NCBI RefSeq assembly: GCF_009914755.1
Contig: NC_060948.1
Length of the DNA stretch: 64,000 nt
Source: the human T2T-CHM13v2.0 reference genome, Homo sapiens
Reading direction: 5' to 3' (one strand)
This document shows, piece by piece, positions 54,274 to 64,000 of this stretch. The notes under the pieces were generated by a model that saw nothing but the letters and a program-made list of their open reading frames with translations, did no database searches and was not told where the DNA came from. The position numbers were made by a program, and so were the translations under genes. The first letter of the stretch is position 1. The number at the start of each line of letters is the position of its first letter.

Positions 54274-54789
54274 CCTCCCAAACAATTAAAAATTCTGAAT
54301 GGAAAGAACATTCATCATGTCAAAAACTGTCAGGCCAGGAAGGAACTCTCAGCCTCATATCTCAAGAAAGACTGTAGTCAAGGCCCAGGGCCTACTTATG
54401 AAAAGAGTTTAATAGCCAACTCTCTCCAAATGGATCTGGAATTCCATAGGACTGTATCTTCATGGTAAGTGTGAAACAGAAGTAAACCCATTCCTATTTC
54501 CAAGCTCAAAGAACTTTGGCCAAAGTTATCTTGGAGATGAGTAGAATAAGGAGGAAAACAGAAAAAAAATTGTGTGCCTGAGAAGTCATGGCCACAGGCT
54601 GGCCATCACACAGATTGTCAAGCCAGTTCCATATTGCTTGGGTATTGCAGAAAAACTCAAAACATCAATTTGTGTGTGAGCTATCCCAAAGTAGCAGGAT
54701 CTGGCAATAGTAAATTTCATCCTAACCCTCAAGGAATCCACTTTTGGGATTTTACCATTTATTTCATGAATGATAATGGACTTTTTAAA

Positions 54790-56620
<1,831 letters not shown>

Positions 56621-57024
56621 TACAATTTAAGTATTGGAAGAAATTATCTTGGAGAAGAAAATAGCACCATACTGATTCTGTTTGTGTCAAACTATCACAG
56701 TTCAAGATTTTCATATTTTATTATGGAGAAATGTTGTATTTCTTAGTATTCACATTGTTACAAGAAGAAGGGCAATGACTGGTCAGAAATTGAAATGTAT
56801 GAGTAACAGTTAGAAGATGAAAGCACTGTATCCTCAGAAATTTAGTATATGAAAACCTTTAAATTCCAGGCAAGTTGACTTAAGCTTCAACAGTCTCCCA
56901 GCTGAAATGATCTATTTGTGCTAAGTTCTGGGATCAAAGGTGAATAAGACCTTGTTTCTGCCTTCAGTGATAGCTCAGTCCAAAGGGAGACAAATAAAAA
57001 TGATGTACGAAGAGAGATATGTAT

Positions 57025-57313
<289 letters not shown>

Positions 57314-57793
57314 AGGAGGGTTATGTAAAGTGCCATAAAAACTGAGAAAAGGGACAGAATATCTGTGACAGGTAACTTGTTTTGGGCAGTTGAAAATGAG
57401 GAGATCTCAGGGTATCCTTTCTTTGTGTCACATTTGACTAAAGGCAGAAACAAATGAATCTTAATATGTATGGGGTCATAGACACTTATTAAGGATGTAA
57501 TGAAATTTATGATGATTCTTTCAGTAAAAATTTATATAACAAAACTACACATATATTTTACTTACTAACACAGAATGTGCATTATCAAGAGCTCTGGATA
57601 GAGGAGAATGAGTAGGAATGTTTTAGGCAAACAAAAAGGGAAGGGGAGGCCAAACAGAAGAAACAGCAAGTGCACGAATGTGGAGACACAAAAGTTTGTG
57701 CATTATTGGAATCAGCTTGACTAAAACATAATTCAGGGTGCCTGAAGCATAAGCTGGAAGATTAACCAGACATGGTGTAAGATGAAAATAGAA

Positions 57794-58094
<301 letters not shown>

Positions 58095-58749
58095 GAAAAT
58101 AGAAGATAAGAAGATAGCCTGGGATAAAGCATGAAGTATCACAAATGTCAGTCATGCACTTTGTTTACTCAGAGACAAGACCATGATTGATTAAAATTAT
58201 GCATTTTATGTCCACCCTCTTCTAACTGTTAACAAATACAAGTGGAACAGTTAGCACCCAATGGAATATTATAAAACATTCTGACTGTAAGGTTTCACTA
58301 GCATTCACTGTAGATGTTGAGTGTGGAGTGCTCAAACCTCAAGCTTACAGCTTCGTAAAAGAAAAATCAATGTTAGAAGGGAAGAAAAAGCTCCTCAACA
58401 ACTACATGAACTGTTTGATTCCTTAATAGCTTACAACAGAATGGCAGTCTTCAATGAGTAGAAATGTTTCTCAATCATAGAAAAAATTTAGATTTACTTG
58501 GGGAGTTTACAAAAAGCATACCACATCTGAGATCTATCCCAGACCAATTAAATCAGAATGTATGGTGATCAATGGATCCTGGACAACTGAACTTTTGAAA
58601 GCTTTAGATAACAGATAACATTAATATGCATTCAAAATTGAGAATTACTGGGTTAAGAACGATAATCCATGAAAGTAAGTTTCTATCTACTCATCTGCCC
58701 TTAATTATATTGCATTGTTCTCATGCAGCATGATACAAGTAAAAATTAA

Positions 58750-59028
58750 TTTGTTTTGTTGAAATGGAGTCTAGCTCTGTCACCAAGGCTAGAGTGCATT
58801 GGCATGGTCTCTGCTCACTGAAACCTCTGTCTACCAGGTTCAAGAAATTCTCCTGCCTCAGCCTCCCATATAGCCCAGATTACAGACACCCACTACCCTG
58901 CCTAGCTAATTTTTATATTTTCAGTAGAGACAGGGTTTCACTGCATTGACCAGGCTGGTCTGGAACTCCAGACTTCATGATCCACCCATGTTGGCTGGGG
59001 TTACAAATGTAAGCTACCGCGCCCAGCC
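58750..59028 (-). mobile_element. Alu
   Basis: Dimeric Alu; TSD aaaattaat at ~58742 and 59029. Confidence 0.9.
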
Positions 59029-59063
59029 AAAATTAATATTTTAAAATATTTAGAAATATGTGT

Positions 59064-59362
59064 GGTAGTGTGCAGTGGCTCATGCCTGTAATCTCATCAC
59101 TTTTCCAGGCTGAGGTGGGTGGATCATTTGAACTGAGGCATTCCAGACCAGTTTGAAACTATGGTGAAACCCTGTCTCTACAAAAAAATACAAACAATTA
59201 TCCAGGCCTGGTGGTGTGTGCCTGTGGTCCCAGTTATTCTGGAAGCTAAGGCTAGAGAATTGCTGAGGAGGATCACTTGAGCTCAGGAGGCTGAGGCTCC
59301 AGTGCGCAGAGATTGAGCTGCTGCCAACCAGTCCAGTCTGGGAAACAAAGGGAGGCTCTGTC
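59064..59362 (+). mobile_element. Old Alu (AluJ-like)
   Basis: gcagtggctcatgcctgtaatc...gaggatcacttgagctcaggagg. Confidence 0.88.
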
Positions 59363-59393
<31 letters not shown>

Positions 59394-59505
59394 TATATAT
59401 GACATATATACATATATATGACATATATGTGTGTGTATATATGACATATATATGTATATATCTGTGTGTGTATAAAAATACACACATACATACACATACA
59501 TACGT
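59363..59505. repeat. (TA)n/(CA)n compound microsatellite in place of the Alu tail
   Basis: Directly visible. Confidence 0.93.
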
Positions 59506-59888
59506 GTTTGGCCACTTATTTCATCTGCAATGAAAGTCTAAGCAGCATGATTCAGGGTCAATATCAGGACCTGCAGGGAGCCAGCCTATGCTAGAAATAT
59601 TCAGAGTGAGTTTTTTCACATTTTACAGTCTGATCTGCTGAGTGTACTGCCTGAGGCTATTGTTCTTTTCATATCTTGCGCATCTTTCTGCAGAAAAGGC
59701 CACATGCATCAACAGTATTTTTGCTAAGGGTCTTCTAATTAATTGGATGGCCTTTCTGTTGAAAAATTTCTAAGGAGAAGATTTTTCCTCTTTTGGCTCA
59801 GGAAACTGCAGGCATCAGTTTCACAACAATACTTAACATTAGCATCAGCAAACAAGTCATATGGAACAACTTCCATATGGAAGTTGTT

Positions 59889-62800
59889 TAGGGCTTCCTG
59901 CAGAACCACACAGCCTCAGAAGCTGCCAGGCGGTGTGTTTCCATGGGAGTCATATGGAACAAGAAGTCCATGTGTTTCCATGGGAGTCATATGGAACAAA
60001 CAAGTCATATGCAACAACTTCCATGGGAGTCACCTTCCCCTGCAAAAGAAGCCACTCTTCCAGAAAGAAGAGGAGCACACCACACCCATGAAGAGACATC
60101 TAGTGTTTCATTGTCCTGCGGCCAGCCCAGGGAGGGATACTAGCATTCCTGTCTGCAGGGCCCATTGAATTTACATCAAATTCGGTTCTCAGCTGAGTAG
60201 GAGCTTCACTTCATGAGGGGGCACTCCTCTATCATCTTGAGATCTCATTCTGGGACAGAGTGTGAGCAGCAGTAAGGTCAGTTAGGGGTGTACATGCAAT
60301 CTGGTGAGGGGTAGATGGGGTCCCACACCTTCACTTGAAAAAAAGTGAAGGCAGATTACACAGAAGTACTTCCAACTGCATGCCCACATTCTCCTAACTG
60401 CACAGGCAGTCCACACCATGGCCTGCTGTTCAGGTGGGAGTACTCCAACATGCAGGGAATATTTGGAGTGCAAACTGGGGCCATCATGGCAAACTCCCAA
60501 TTTGAGGGCTTTCATACTGGGAGCCTAGGTCTGGCTCAATGTCTTCCACACTAAACATTTCCCAGTTCACCAAGGATGACCCTCATGAGAATCCATTGTG
60601 TGAGTGTTTCCTTCTAAACATTGTCATGTTTTAATGACTGGGCAGTTGTGGTATTTTAAAATTGTAAATTCCCATTACAGCCACCAACAAGAAAACTCTT
60701 GTTCTCCCACTTCTATCAGAGGGCTGCATGATTCCTGTAGGAGGCAGCCATGTCTGGCATTTGCCTGGTAATCTAGACTCTGTTTCATTGTGCCTGCATG
60801 TCCTTGCTCATTGGGCTGTTGCTGTATGGGACTGCCTCTCACCACAGATCTTTTAGCCCCCAGGGATTTCAGGGAGCAAAAGAGATTTCAGGTAGGCTGG
60901 CTGCACTCCAGGTTGTGGGTTGTGGTCTCATTTTGGAGACTGAGGTTGTTTGCACTTTGCAGGTGGCTTTTGGGTTCTCTGAAAGAAGCCTTTCAGTATT
61001 GCTTGGACTTCAGCACAAGTTAGCTGATTCTCTCACTCGAGCCTTTATTCTCTCACTCACTCCTTTGCTTTCATGGAAGGTAGACATTGCCCCTAAACAG
61101 CATTACTGCACACCATTTTCAGGCTTACAATTGCCACAAATGGCCTCTGAGACACTGTCTCAACCTCATCTGCACCCATGAGAGGCCAGTTGGAGGTGTG
61201 AGAACACTGCCCCACCATGGACTTGCCTTTGTTGTGGTTCCTGCCTTTCCCAGAGAGCACCTGCGAGGCCCAGGATGAAGGCAGGCAATGATATTCAGGG
61301 CACAGCCATCTTTTGTTGACACCTGCCTCTGGGGTCACAGGTATGACTCCATGAACCAGAGACCCCTCAACAGCTCACCAGACTATATTCCAATCACCAT
61401 GGGACCTGATTTCTGCACTCTTTCAGGGATGAAGTCAGAGGTGCAGTTTCCAGTGACCAGGTCACAGTCTTGAAATGCCTCCTCCTTCAAGTGAAACCTG
61501 ACCAGCAAGATGGCCTGAAGAAGACCTATGGTCAAGAGTTTTAGGGTCTCTCAGTGGATTATCTCAGGCAGCCATTTTCCCAACACCAGGCCAGCTCTGC
61601 CTATACCATTTTTCTCTGCTTAGGCATGCTGACAGCTCTGACAGATGGGCTGCTGAGCCTGTGACAAGAATGCAAATGCACTAGTCTCCTGGCACCAGGC
61701 CAGAGCTCTGAGCTCTGGCAAGCATCATAATGAATGACAGCATTGCCTAGCAACAAGTCCCTGAGGCTTGGTGAAGAGGGCGATCTCTGTGTATGGGTGT
61801 TGGCAGTGAACTTTCTTTCACCTGTCTTCTCTGAGGGATTCATAGGATAGTCCCATTATCCTTGGAGAGAGCATATGTGAGACATCATGAAGAAAGGTCA
61901 AACAGAGCCCAGGAATAATCCACAAAATCCCTAAGGATTCAAAAAATCTGCAGGATGCCTCAGGCCTGCCTAGATGTTCAAGGGGTGAATCTTTTGGAAA
62001 TTTGCCCCACTGTGATTTCTTGGTACAGCCCTCCTGTGTTACTTGGGGTTGTTCTCTCCCAGTTTGGGATTTCTGCAGAACCACCCAGCCTCAGAACCTG
62101 CAGGCCTGTAGTTTCTGTGGGAGTGTTGTAAGTTTGGATGTCTGCATGTGTGTGTGGCTTTGTGGTGTGTGTGTATGTGTGTGTGTTAAATGGAGTCTAA
62201 CTAAATGAATTAGGCTAACGCACTGCAGTGCTTTTTTTTGTCTCTCAACTTTTTGGTAGCCTATTTGTGTGGTTCTGCTTGGGCTGTGGGGCTCTGTGTT
62301 CTTTATTTTTCTGTGGATCAAGAACCCTCAGTGATTTGGGAGGCTGGCTGTGACCCACTATGGTCCAAATATCCTGAACCTGCAAAAAAAGCCACTCTTC
62401 TCGAAAGAAGAGGAGCACACCTCACCCAAGAAGAAACATCTCCCAGTGTTTCATTGTCCTGTGGCCAACCCAGGGAGAAACACCAGCAGTCCTGAAGGCA
62501 GGGCCCCTTGAATTTACCTTGAATTTGGTTCACAGTAGAGCAGGTGCTTCGTGTCATGAGGGGGCACTCCGCCATCGTCTTGGGATTTTATTCTGGGACA
62601 AACAGTGTGAGCAGCAGTAAGGTAAGATGGGGTGAGGATATAATCTGGTGAGGTTTGGATGCAGACCTGCACCTTCACCTGCAAAAATAGTAAAGAACTG
62701 ATGGCACAGAACGTGCTTCCAACAGCATCCCCACATTTGCTTAATTGCACAAGCCGTCCATGTCATGGCTTGGGAGTACTTCTGCGTGCAGGGAACATTT

Positions 62801-64000
62801 GGAGTGCATACTCGGCCATCCTGGCAAACTCCCAATTTCAGGGCTGTCATACCCAGAACTAAATGGGTGTGGGATGGATTGATGTTTGGTGGGATGTGAC
62901 CTTCACACTTGTCTCCTCTTCTCCTCACTTACATTTCCCTCATTGGCCTAGGTTTTCCTGGGTCTGTCTAAATGTCTACCACAATAAAGGTTTCCCAGTT
63001 CATGGAGGACGACCCTCATTTGAATCCATTGTGTGAGTGTTTCCTTCTAAACACTGTCGTGTTTTAATGACTGGGCAGCTTTGATACTTTTAAAACTGTA
63101 AATGTCAGTTACAGCCACCAAAAAGGAAACTCCTATTCTCCCACTTATTTTTCAGAGGGCTGCAAGATTCCTGTATGATGAGAAGCAGGCAGCTATGTCT
63201 GATATTGCCTGGTAATCTAGCCTCTGTTTCAATTCATCTTCAAGTCCTTTCTCATTGTGGAGGGGCTCTTTCATTGGGTTGTTGCTGCATTGCACTGCCT
63301 CTCACCCCAGATCTTTTGGCTGCCAGGGATTTCAGGGAGCAAAAGGGACTTGGGGTAGGCTGGCTGCACTCCAGGTTGTGGGTTGTTGTCTCATTGTGGG
63401 GGCTGAGGTTGTTTGCACTTTGCAGGAGGCTTTTGGGTCCTCTGACAGGAGTCTTTGAACATTGCTTGGATTCCACCATAAGGCAGCTCTTTCTCTCAGT
63501 TGAGCCTTGATTTTTCTTTGCTTTCAAGGGGAATACACAGTGCCCCTTAACAGCACTACTGGACACAATTTCAGACTTGGCACCACCACAGACGTTTCCA
63601 AGATACTCTCTCAACCTCATCTGCACCTACAAGAAGCCAGTCCGAGGTGTGAGAACACTGCACCACCTTGGACTTGCCTTTGTCATGGTTTCTGCCTTTC
63701 CCAGACAGCTCCAGAATGAAGGGTGGCAGTGAGGTCAAGAGTCTGACCATCTTTCACTGGCACCCACCTCTGGGTTCTCAGGCACGTTTCTATCACCCAG
63801 AGAACCCTCAAAAACACAGCAGATTATATTCCAGTCCCCATGGGACCTGATTCTTGCACACAGCCCCTTTGGAGAATAAAGTCAGAAGAGGAGTTTCCAG
63901 CGACCACCTCACAGTCTCAAAAAGCTTCCTCCTCCAGGAGGCCCCAACCACAGATATGGCCCAAGGGGCCCTGAGGTCGAGAATTTTAGTGCCCTGCAGT
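59889..64000. repeat. Tandem ~2.3-2.5 kb repeat, about 1.7 units, running off the window; resembles the Y NORF (TTTY-associated) array
   Basis: gccactcttc..gaaagaagaggagcacac at 60051 and 62391 (offset 2340); agggagcaaaag at 60871 and 63334 (offset 2463); the unit size agrees with the ~2.48 kb NORF repeat described for the human MSY. Confidence 0.8.

Noticed and set aside
59743-63850. Many 60-140 aa ORFs, some similar to each other
   Set aside because: The similarity reflects the tandem repeat; frames and stops are not conserved between units

Overview
Primate (human or great-ape) genomic DNA, most consistent with an ampliconic part of the male-specific Y chromosome. No intact protein-coding gene, RNA gene or CRISPR array is supported. 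The window is a mosaic of: (1) an unprocessed USP9Y/USP9X-type pseudogene fragment (three decayed exons, minus strand, ~1.2-6.8 kb); (2) a nested retroviral stack at ~9.8-23 kb, in which a HERV-L is split by a two-LTR HERV-K(HML-5)/LTR22 provirus that itself carries a MER11 solo LTR and an Alu; (3) a ~2.5 kb degenerate (CCCTAA)n array followed by an ELOC (TCEB1) processed pseudogene, a 20-bp minisatellite and a CpG-rich TAR1-like patch, together resembling a captured fossil subtelomere; (4) a two-LTR HERV-K(HML-3)/MER9 provirus that also carries a MER11 solo LTR; (5) a TSPY-like intron-containing pseudogene fragment; and (6) the start of a ~2.4 kb tandem array resembling the Y NORF/TTTY repeat, entered through a palindromic templated-insertion scar. 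All family and gene names come from recalled consensus or protein sequences compared by eye, not from database searches, and most boundaries are approximate. I found no convincing new biological system. The best leads are the fossil-subtelomere block and the repair-type junction scars.
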